A DNA stretch of 64,000 nt, from positions 14,880,001-14,944,000 of the forward strand of contig CM022673.1 in the NCBI GenBank assembly GCA_012295275.1, read 5' to 3'. This DNA is from Chrysomallon squamiferum (taxonomy: Eukaryota; Animalia; Mollusca). Made by a program: the position numbers and the translations under genes. Position 1 is the first letter of the stretch, and every line of letters begins with the position of its first letter. Under the pieces are notes generated by a model, which was not told the DNA's origin, ran no database searches, and worked only from the letters and a program-made list of their open reading frames with translations. Below, in pieces: positions 1-12,300 of this stretch.

Positions 1-106
1 CTGATTCTGAAATTACAAAGTAAGTTGTGGAATGAATCTACTGTTTGGATGGTCTCAGTAATTTTTGACACTGTTTTCAATACCGTTTACTTGTGTAACA
101 AGTTAC

Positions 107-3100
107 CTGATTGGCCAGTTCACGACATTTCTGAATCTTCTCAGCTGTGACAAGTCTTTCACTGGCTGTGTCCCACAGAGTTTCCAGTTCCACCTGGTAC
201 TCCTTTATCTGAACAAAACTTGTTCTCAGGTGGTGCACAGCTTCCTGGACGAGACGAGGATGAACCAGACCAAGATTCGAGTTCTCGGGAGTCTCCAGAA
301 AATGCATCGTTTGTTTACACTGGTCTATGATGTCATTTAGATTTATCTCCCTGAAATCATTAAAATTTTATTACACTAAATAAAATATTTTCTTCTGTTT
401 ATTTAATACTAAAAACACTAAGTATTTAAAACAAATGTAAACAAGTTCCAAAAGGTATGTTTCTTGAAAGTATAAGATTTTAAATCAATAAAAACCAAAG
501 AAAAATCAAAAACAGAACAAACGTCATCAGACATCAGAGTGATGCATTTCTCTCCAAATCTGTCATTCCATGTTTTCACTGTTATATATTTAACTCACCT
601 CATTAAAGTCTGGTAGGTCTGAAGTAGTTCCTGTCTCAGACTTGTTAATTCCAATGAACTTTGACCTGCAAGGTCATATTCTTGAAGGAGTTCAACCCTG
701 TCACGGACGTCTGGCAGACGTTCCAGCAGCTCGCACACTGCCTGGATGCACGGCGTCACCGTCTGAAAATTCAAAACTCCACAATATTCTGTCACCTTTT
801 CAGTTATTTTCATGTGAAATTGTTATCTGCTGTATATACACGTAATTTTGTTGAGGTGTGTAATTTTACCATCAAAAACTTTATTTTCATCACAGTATTT
901 ATGAGCCATGCCAAGCTGTGGACTACATACTGCAAGCCACTAGAACACCGATTGTGTCTTGTTTCCAAAAAAATGCTAAAAAAAAGAATCTTGGAAAGTC
1001 TTCTGCTCCTCTATGAACAACAAAACGTATTAAGATGAAACTAATTAGTAAGAACACCCTAACTGGTCCGTAACGCTCTTGAAGCCGTCTTCAAAAATAG
1101 CTCAAGCACAAACAACTTTCCCCACAAATTTCAAAAAACAAAAATGCAAAATGCAAATAAAAATAGATGACCATTTAATACCACAATCTAGAGCTTTCAC
1201 GTTCTTAGGCAACATATCTGATAGTCCAATCTTGGCATTCAAGTAAATCAGACCTACTCAAAAAACCCATCTACGAAAGAAATTACTCTGAAAATCACTG
1301 AATGGCCACCAGCTTGTATTACTGGCAATGAACTTGCTGATCACAATGCTAAAGATTACTTAATATCAAAGATGTCTGTACAGATATACACTACTGAACA
1401 AAAATGTTATGAATGGAACACCACCAAAAACATCTGGCAGTTTAGTATCAAACCACTTATTAAAACCCCCAAAATCACTTAGATAAAAATCTTACCAAAC
1501 TTGGAATCAGCTATTCCACCAATCTAAATGCAAACATCCAACTAACTGGATTTCTTGTAATAATGGAGCATTATTTGACTGAATATTAGGCTAACAAATG
1601 CCTAATTTTATATTTAAAAAAAACAAAAAAACAAAATATCTACCAGCTCTTTATCAACTGCTACAACAATATATCACTACCAGCTCCTTGCTTTGTTTTA
1701 TATGGTAGCAAGGAAAATACCCTTCACATCCCCCCACTGGCTCTGACGGAGTGTATCTATCACAGACGTGCTTCACAAGTGCTCCCTCTTACTCAGTGGT
1801 TTTTCTATTGGCTAGCTGAATTAAGAACTGGTCACATTAGATGTAAGACACATCTGACCTTATGTTCTGACATTTGCGTGGATTGTGCCTTTGGCAAGTT
1901 ATTCTATTTGATAACCTCCTTTTAAGCAAACCGTATCCGAATTTCTGGAAGTACATTTCAGAAAAAACCAAAATGGAAAACAAGAATGGAAAACAAGAAT
2001 GTATTATCCTCAGAGGAAGCAGATGGAAATTTCCAAAAGGCAAAATGGAAATGCCCCCCCCAAAAAAAAACTGAGGAAAAAAAACAAAAAAAACAAGAAT
2101 GAATTATTCTGATTCAGATGATTCAGAGATGGAGAATAGATGGAACTCTAAAGCTCATCAAGACAAACTTACACATTTTCTGGCATCACAAAATACAAAC
2201 CCGACATGGTATGCATACAAGAAACATGGTCAGGACAAACAAAAAAAAAGCAAATAAGTTTTAACATTCTTGGGTATCAAAGCCACGATGTTAACCGATT
2301 CAGTAGTACTTGAGGGGGAATCATGACTCCTTAAACAAGATAAGACCACATACTAAACAGACTAAGTGCTAAGTCCAGGCCAACATGGAAATACTAAGTA
2401 TCACTGATACATCTATAGCCCTCCCACTTGAGCACTACATACTATCCAAACTGATGACCTAAACAAAGTTGTTTTTAGTTATAAACTAATTATAGTTGAC
2501 AATTTCAATTGTCATAACACATGGGTAGCACAAGATGACAGCCATGGAACCGTATTACAAAATTTCATTGAACAAAATCAACTGTGAATGACGGAACATT
2601 CACACACACCAGTGATATAAATGGTGCCCAGTCTGCCATGGATTCAACATTAACAAGCAAAGACACTGTAGCATTCAGCAAATGGGAAGTGCTTAATCAG
2701 CTAAACAGCGACCGTCACCTCATACTCACCAATTAAAACACTTTCTCAGACAAATCCATTTTTACACCCAAATAGAATTGTAACAAAACAGACCAGGAAG
2801 GCTTCTACAAAGCATGCAAAAATACTTAAAAGGTTTTCTATGAACACTGACACTTGCTGCACATTACTCACCAATATGAAACTCAGATGCCACTAGATTC
2901 AAACCCAAAACTGAAAAATGCACTAACAAAATATCCACTCCTTGGTGGAATGAACATGTAGGAAACAAATGTAAAGAAAAAAAACGAAGACCACAAAAAA
3001 GACAAAAATCATTCCACACATGAACAATATAAAATGGCTAACAACAGAAGTGTCTAATTCTTATTGCAAAGAACACTGGGAACATTTTTGTAATAATATC

Positions 3101-3149
3101 GACTACAGAAGATCACTCAAAGACATGTGGGCCAAAGTAAAAAATATAG

Positions 3150-3183
<34 letters not shown>

Positions 3184-6100
3184 CCACTCGTTATTGCTTT
3201 CACCGACAAAGATCTACTTTGTGAAACTTTTGCCAAATGAAGCAGCAATTAAAACTTCCCACCAAAATTTACACTAACAAAAAAATTAGACAACCTTGTA
3301 GTTAATGAATAGGAAAGTTGACAGTTTAAAATTATGGAAAGCCAAATACTGTCGTCTGAAAGGAACAGAAAGCATCACATATTGGACAATCAACAGATTG
3401 AAAAGCTGGAGAAAAAAAAAAAAATATCTGAAATGTATCATTAAACAGTTGTGATCTCAAATAAGAGCATTGAAGGAAACTAAATTTAAAAAATTGTTAT
3501 GCCCATGCTGAAACGGAAATGAGTAAGAAAACACAAAATGAGGTTCCTCAAGAGTTCAGTCACTATAGAAGTCAGAGATTGAGACAAATAAAAAGCTTCA
3601 ATTCACATACAAGACAGAGCTATTGCTAATTTTTTTTTTTTACAATGTTAAATGTGGCTGCAAACAGGATTTGGAGGTTTATCTGAAAAACAGCAGGATT
3701 CCAACAAGTATATTTTTAAAGGTTTACTGGAAATCGTCTTCATATATTATTTCTAGATGCTGGACTTGCATTTTATTACACAGAAATAGGTGGGGGTTTT
3801 TTTACAACTATTCACCAGCCAAACGATTTACAAATTCTTCTCGTATTCAAAAGGAAAATCAAAAAGGTAGGTAGAGGGCAAGAACAGCATTTAATCTTAT
3901 CTGTGAATTTACATTGAAATCTGACATACCTGAGAATTTATTAGCCTCAGGAGGACAAACAGAAAAAAAGCTTTTCAGGGTACCAAGTATGAAGCGGAAA
4001 AGAAGAGAACTTTTCCAATGGAATTCCAATTTCTTTGGCGAATTTCTTAAATGGTCACGTATTGTTTATTTTTGTCTTTCGCTGCGAAAAAAGCCGTGTG
4101 AAGACCGTTAGAGAACTTCAATCATATATCCACAATAATATTACTGGTCAGAGAAATACAGTTTTGAATTATATTACATCACAAATTCAGAAACTTGCTG
4201 ACAACACTTTGAACAAGTTCAAGAAACTCGGAGACACTGGAATTCAATATGTTTCATTCCATCTGCCATGAAAGTTTTGCTCAGCTGAACCTGACCAGCA
4301 CAAGTGCCATAGCAGTGAGATCATGAAAGTTTGCAATTTGCCAAACAGAAGCAGGATCTCTTAAAACATCAGAATTGGATTAAGGTAAGGAATATTATGG
4401 CCAAGTGCCATCAGAGAAGGTCTGAATCAGTAAAGAGACTAAATCAAAAAAAATCAGGATAATTGCCCTTCTTTTCTCTTAAGTAAAATCACAGCTGGAT
4501 TCTTCTGCTCTTGCTGAAGGTCTGGGGAAAGCTACAAAAATCATATGTTTAGAAAAGAAATATCAGCAAATTAAGAAATACCATAAAATGAAAAAAATGC
4601 AATGTTTCTATCCCAGACTGATGATGAAAGAATGGAAGTATTGGAAAGGAAACTGGCAGAAAGGGAGGAGGAAATCCTCCAGCTTCAAGATGACAAACTA
4701 ATGCTAGAAGATGGGGTAAAAGAGCTGGAGAGTTTTGTTGAACAAACCAAGTCCAATGGGAGGACTTATTCTCCTGAAATGAGACTGAAAGTTTTTGATG
4801 CTGTTGTTGCCCAAGTCCCAATGAACAACATACCATCACTGATTAGAAAGTTTGCCCTTCGCTCTGGAACAACCCTAACTGTTGTTCCACACAGGACTAC
4901 AGTAGAAGCAATGGTAAGAGAACTTGGGGCAATAAGTGATCTTCAAATTGCAGAAGCTATTTTATATAATAAGGACTCAACTATTGGCTTTGATGCCACG
5001 ACAGAAGAAGGCATTCATTTAAACAGCATACACATCACCACCCATGCTGATTGCTATGTTGTTGCTGCCGATCAGTTACCTGGAGATACAGCCAATGACT
5101 ATCACATCTGTGATTCAATTGATAATGTCATTTGTCATTTCTTTGATAAAGACTATCAAACCATATGACAGATTAATTTCAAATATATCCAACGGTCTTA
5201 CTGACCGTTGTGCAGCAAACCATGCTGCAATACAGCTAGTGAACATTTCTTGGGACAAGACTAAACGAGTTGAACTGTCATTTACACCCACTGGACTCCA
5301 TAGCCACAAAAGCTAGATCAGTACTGAAGGAATGTGAAGGAGGTGCAAAAGGCTATATTTGGTGAAATGATTGCTATGCTTCAAATATCACTGTCCAGAT
5401 GAACAAACTCAGGTTTAAGGACAATAAGGGAAATCGCCAGGGGTTCAAAACTTTTCTTGATGACCACCACCTGCCTTGTGGAATCATTCTATAGTAGTAT
5501 CGGGGTAATCATCTTTGTGTACTTTATTATTTGTGGCATATATATTCAGAAATATCTTGAACAAGGTACAGTGTGTGGTGGATTGCATGCTAGTGTCTTG
5601 GCCGACTGTCAGTAACAGGGCAGAAAAATAAAACTCGACCATCTAGATGGCTTGGAAAAGGAGAGGAGAGAAGATTCTCATGCAGGCCGTACAATTAGAA
5701 GAAAAGAACGAGTTGAGAGTAGAATTATCAAGGTGACAAGCTGACAAATATCAAGCAAGAGACATCTGTGAGAAGAAACTGAAAACTGTTCAGGTTGCCA
5801 AGATAGAAAGCTCAGGAAATTCCTTGCCAATTAGTAAGTAGGAGCAACTCCAGGAATTGTTGGAAGGCAAATATATTTGGTTTTCAGATGGGCACCAGAT
5901 TCTTTACAATGGCAGAATTGAAAAGATGAAAGCTAAAGGAAGTAAGTGTGTTGTAGCATATTGTCACTGACAGAAACATGATGATGCAACTGACTTTGAC
6001 ATGTGTTGTTTTGAGTTGGCAGCACACCTTATTTCCGATAATCCACCAATTATTCTGTGGAATACAGCGAGTGGACTGCCATGATTAATGTTGTTTCTGA

Positions 6101-9100
6101 AATATGTATGAAGTGTCTCTTTAAGGACTGGGTGACATCTATGATTCTTGTTGGAAAGATTTACCACCAAAACAACTGACCTACAGGGTGGTTCACAAAA
6201 AGCGGTGCAATTTTAAAAACTTATTTTCCAGAGAAATTAATAATTTATTTCCATTTTCAGGTAAATGAATAGTAGTGTATTGCTGTAAGTTTTATCTGAT
6301 CGCATGATAGCGGACCATACTGTACTTTGAACGAGAACAGGTGATTTTGTGGCATAGGCAATTTTGGCATGAATTCCCAGGGAGGAAAATTCCACATCGC
6401 AATACTATCAGAAGGCTCATTGAGAAGTTTAGAGACACTGGTAGTGTGGGTAACAACAAGGGCCACATTGGTCCACATTTCACTGCCAGGACACTGGCTC
6501 ATGTTCAGGATGGTAGGACTCATTTGGAACAGTCACCACAGAAGTCCAGCAGACATCTGTCACATGAACTAGGGATTTCACGGAGTTATGTGATAAAAAT
6601 TATTCATAGTTGACTTGAAATCGTTTCCCTACAAAGTGCAGATTCTGCAAAGCCAGGCCAACAGGAATGAACACTATTGAATTTTGCTAGACAATTAGTG
6701 AACGGACTGAGGACAATCCTGGCCTTTTGGATGTCGACTTCAAAAAAGTACGGATAATAGATGTGTTTTTTCTACACTTGGGGTGCTTGCACATGCTCAT
6801 GAGGCTGTTCTCTGGCCCAGAACCTCATGTTTTGCTTATTCACATGCCTACTCAATTTCAAATTTTGCATTTGTTTTTTTTTCAGTGTTTGGTTTGGCTC
6901 ACAGAGTTGCCATTTCATTTTGGTAATATTGTCTTAATTTCAACTTATTTCAGTTGTCTTTTTTTTTCAGTGAATGACCAAAAGATGCCCTTTGTGTAAG
7001 AAGAAACAAAAGGTAGGTAGAGGGCAAGAACAGCATTTAATCTTATCTGTGAATTTACATTGAAATCTGACATACCTGAGAATTTATTAGCCTCAGGAAG
7101 ACAAACAGAAAAAAAGCTTTTCAGGGTACCAAGTTTGAAGCGGAAAAGAAAATCCTCAATTCAAGGACTGGTATAGCCAAGCAACACTTGGAAGAGAACT
7201 TTTCCAATGGAATTCCAATTTCTTTGGCAAATTTCTTAAATGGTCACGTATTGTTTATTTTTGTCTTTCGCTGCGAAAAAAGCTGTGTGAAGACCGTTAG
7301 AGAATTTTGTCTTAATTTCAACGTATTTCAGTTGTCTTTTATTTCAGTGAATGACCAAAAGATGCCCTTTGTATAAGAAGAAACAGTGCCTAATCAGATG
7401 TAACCAACCAAGCTTAGCTAGACAGCATCTTCAAGGAAATTATTCCAGTGTTCCGGCAACAGATGAGTTTTTGAATGGACACATGCTTTATATTTACACT
7501 AGCTGTGGTAGTAGAACAAAAACAGTTAGTGAATTATGTAGTCATTTGTCACCTACATCTGCACTAATTCCTAGTCCAACTTTCTGCTGAAATGTTGTGT
7601 ACCAGTTTGATAAGTTTCGAAATCTGGCTTATGCTGTAAAATTTAACAAATTTCTTGATGTGTGTTTCAAAAAATGTTCCTGATGGAATTCAGTAATTTA
7701 CACAAAAAACAAGATGAGCACCAACCTGGATTGAACTTCAACCCACAATATGTTACTGCTTCCCCAGACCCACATAATTTTTGGATATCAGTTCATACTG
7801 GGGAGAAGATTCAGAAGAGTCTGCCATTCAGATATTGACGAAACCATCAGCTAGTAGTTCATCCATGAAAACCAGACAAAGAAACTGCCAGTCATGCAGG
7901 TTATTAAACAAATCCTTAACAAATTTGAGTGTAAAACAGCTACAGCTTCAAAAGGTCCAAACATACTGCAATCAAAGATGTGAGCACAGCAAAGAAAAAG
8001 GGATCTGTCAAATTACTAAACCAAACAATCAGACTGAAAGAGGAACAGATAGCAAAACTTAAAGAAAAAAGTACCATTTCAAAGGTTGAACAGGAGGCAA
8101 ATTCTTTAATAAAAAAAAAAAAAAAATACACATGAAGATTGAAGTACCACAATGAAAAAATTAAAACCGAATCGGGAACTCTGCTCTGTGCCAAAAAGGA
8201 AATTTCTGAACTTAAAAGAAAACTTGAAATAAAACAAATGGAGATAAAACCCTGCTGGAAGCAAAGCTTCATGAGTCACTTAACTAAAATCAACAAAATG
8301 CAATGGAAAGGTCTATTCTACAGATTTAAGAATGGTGGTGTTTGATGCAATTGTAAATCAGGTGCCAACCAGCAACATCCCTGTTATTCTCCAGAAGTTT
8401 TTTCTGTGATGTGGTGTTCCACTGAAGGACATCCCACACAGAACCACTACTGAAGCAAAGACTGCACACTTGGTTTTAATGCCACAACACAGGAGGGCAA
8501 TGTTGTGAACAGTGTCCACATTGCCACACCAGAAAATTGTTATGCTGCTGCAGTTGATGAACTGGCTGGTGGGACTGCTGATGATTACCATGAACACATA
8601 TCTGACTTCTGAATGAATCATGGAACAAGACACGCAAATGGCAATTTAATTCATTGAATCTATTGGACTCAATTGCAACAAAAACTTGTGCTGCTCCAAT
8701 GATCTGTGAAGCAGAAATCAGAATAGAAGAGAGACTTAAGGGACAGATTTTGACAGATTAGCTCAGACAATCAGGATTAGCTCACAGGTATTCTCGTGGA
8801 TTTCGTTTCATTCTTTTGTGCAGTTAACAGGAATATTTGTTCACTTTCTTTACTCGTACTTTTTTACTTGGGATTACGACGGAATCGAAAACCAATCGCC
8901 ATCAAGAGATCTTAGGACACATTCCGACCAATCAACTTCGAGAAGCACTGCAGCCAATCAGACTCCCATCACTCTCGAGAGCTCTTCGGACACAGCAACG
9001 GGAACCGACCAATCAGCTTCAAGACTCACGGCAGCCAATCAGACTCCAAACAGCGACCAGACTACGGAATCGGTCAGCAGCCAATTGCCTTTAAGCTCTG

Positions 9101-9359
9101 CAACACCTTTTTATTACGGAGGATTAGCTGTTTGTTTACCTTTTGCGCTTCTTCGCACTTAGGAATCTATGTGCAAATTCGAACTTCGAGCACTGACGAA
9201 CAACCGACATCAAATTGGGTAAGAAACGGAATACTATCCTCCTCCCAGCATGACAATTCACTTTCCCAGCATGAAATTTTAAAATCCCTCTTGTTACCTC
9301 CCTATATCAAACCCTCTCCCCCACTGTCCTTGTTAATACTTCAACGCTCATTAATTGTG

Positions 9360-9394
<35 letters not shown>

Positions 9395-12300
9395 GATCGT
9401 TATTTAAATGATATAACGTTTTTTTTTTGATTACTAAATTAAATAAAAATTTACTGAAATTAACTAAAATTCTACATCTTGTATTAAAATATTAATTATA
9501 ACTATACTAAAAATAAAACAAGCAAGTTAACATATCAAATTAACCATACAATGGTGGACACAACCAAACCAGTCGGAACATCCAACATCGAAGAGGTTTC
9601 CCCCAAAAACTAGGAGAAACAGAAAGGGAACTCCCAGACTTGTCTTCTGGGAAGCCAAGAGAGAACGGAAACACATCTGACAGTTCACTAGACGACATCT
9701 ACGTGGGGCTCGTACAGACAACACCGGACGGTTCTCCCTGCACCGACCTGTCCACTCCCCCAGAATGTCCCCAAACCTCTAACTGGGCCACAAATGTCCC
9801 AGCCGGACTGACCACCGTTCCGGAGTCCCCTCAGCCAAAAAATAAAAATAAAAAATGCAAAACCCACCCAACTGTCCAATCTCCCCCAGAACAGCTATCA
9901 GTCAGCACAGCAAATAGATTTTCGGCCCTGGACATGCTCAACATCACTGTCCCCCAACAGGGCTCCCATAAATCCCTCAAACTGTCCGCCAGCCCTCCTA
10001 GACCTGCTAAGGCACCAATCTCCGGGCTGAGGCGGGTATTGTTCAACAAAAAAAAACCCAACCCTGTATGAAGCTATCTTCTTCCAACAGTACATCTCAC
10101 GACTGGGCCGAATCGGACAGCTCACTCATCAAACTGGGTACCAGCATGAAAGGTGTGTGTCACACTCGCGAGGTGTACGGAGGAACCTAGAGAGAGGAGG
10201 GAACCCACCCAAGTGAAGACCCTGAGCCCCTCTGCCCCCATCGAACTAAGATACTTCCAAGACCAAGAGAGTAGCAAGGAAATCCATCAACAATTGGACC
10301 GTACGGTGGCCTACGGCACCTGGGGGGGACTGCACCTTCACTGCAGAACCCCTAACCCAGGTAAACACCAAATCAAAAAAAAAGAAACAGAAACCATACA
10401 CAGAAACAAAAGAAACACCACACAAAAAGGAATTTTTACAAGTAGCAACCAACACAAACCCGACAATACCCAAACAAAAATACAAATACCGCCAAGATAA
10501 CCCCACAAAACAAATCCCCCAAAGCCCCCACAAACTATCAAACAACACAGAGGAGTTTCCGCACCTCACCCTCAAACCAGGAAGAACCTGGCCCCGAGAG
10601 TTCTTTTACTCGAGCACAGGCAAAAGCCATTCCGCAACAACAAAACACCCCACAAAAAGACAATACACAACACCTAAGACACACATGACACCAACAGCAA
10701 CCACCACAGCAACAGATCACTCGCTAAGGCGACTGGTGAAAGCAAAACCAGTTTCTGAAACAGCTACACAAATCTTACAAATAGCAAAAGAAAACCCAGA
10801 CGATGATTCAGAACATCACGATCTGGAACAACGGCTACTGGGATGTGCTTCTGTCTGCCGCAACAAAAGCAGAGCACATCCTATTCCAGAAACAATTCAA
10901 ACTGCTGGCGTTTGAGGCACACCCCATAAAATGCGCCCAGTGCCAGAGATGGGGACATAATATAAAAAAATGCATGTAAAAGATCTGTGATAGGCGTGCC
11001 TGAACCTTCAATTGGACGTGGGCACGTAAAAAGAGTTAGAAGAAGATTCGCTCACCGATTTTCATCTTCAGTTTCGAACTTAGAACACTCGACATCAAAT
11101 TTGATTCGCTCCAGATTTGTTCGATTCCATACAGATTCACTTCAAAGTTTCTGTTTTACTACACAAGGAGTAATTGTTCAACTTTCTCACTTGGGATTGC
11201 CGTTCATTTGTTCTTGCAAATTCATTCCATTGGTTTGCACTTAGGAATACTTAGGAAAAGCTTTCTAGGATTATTGTATACACGATCGCCAAACAGCAAA
11301 AGGAATTGAGATCTAACCAATCAACGACGAGCTAGCGTCAATAAAAATCCAGTCTGAACAAGAACCTGTCGACCAATCAATTTAGAGACATCTTCAACCA
11401 ATCAGAATCCACAGTCTACCAGGGATTATCTGTTCATCTGTGAAACTTCCCAAATTAGGATTCCAATTCAATTTCTTAGAACATTCGACATCAAATTTGG
11501 TAAGAAACGGAATCCTATCATCCCAGCACGTCATACTCACTTTCCCAGCACCAAACTTTGAAACTTCCTCTTATCTCTCCCCTTACCAACCTCAAACCCT
11601 CTCCCCAGTGCTATTTTTGTCAAATATTTTAAATTTGTATTCTAACTGTATTAATTTCATACATATAAATATAAATATATAATTATTATTTAAATGTTAA
11701 ATTTTTCAGAAATTTAATAATTTAACTTTGTTTACTGCTCTCCTTCTGTAGTGTCATTAGTTGAAATTTTAATTATATTGAATATTTAATTTGTTCAATT
11801 ATATTAAATATTTAATTTGTGAAAAAAAATTTAAAATAATAATTAACCAATTGTATACTAAATAAAAATGGCCGATACAAACGAATCCGTCGGCACAGGT
11901 ATCACCGAAAATGGCAACCAGAACGAGGTTTCCCCCAAGAAACTGTGCGGAACGGAGGGGGAACTACCACACTTCTGCTCTTTTGGCTCCCCGGACGACA
12001 GGGACAACGGAAACCTATCCGACAACTCTGCGGGAGACACCATATATGCGGGGCTGGTAGAGACGACACCCGACAGCTCTCCCCGCCCCAACCTGTCCAA
12101 TCCCCCAGAATGTACCCAAATATGCAACTGGCCAACAAATGTCCCAGCCGGACTGACCACCATTCCGGAGTCCCCACAAGTGAAAAAACAAACAAAAAAA
12201 AAAGGAAAACCCACCCAACTGTCCAATCCCCCCCAGAACAGGCTCCAGTCAGCACATCAAACAGATTTTCAGCCCTGGACATGCTGAGCATTGCTGTTCA

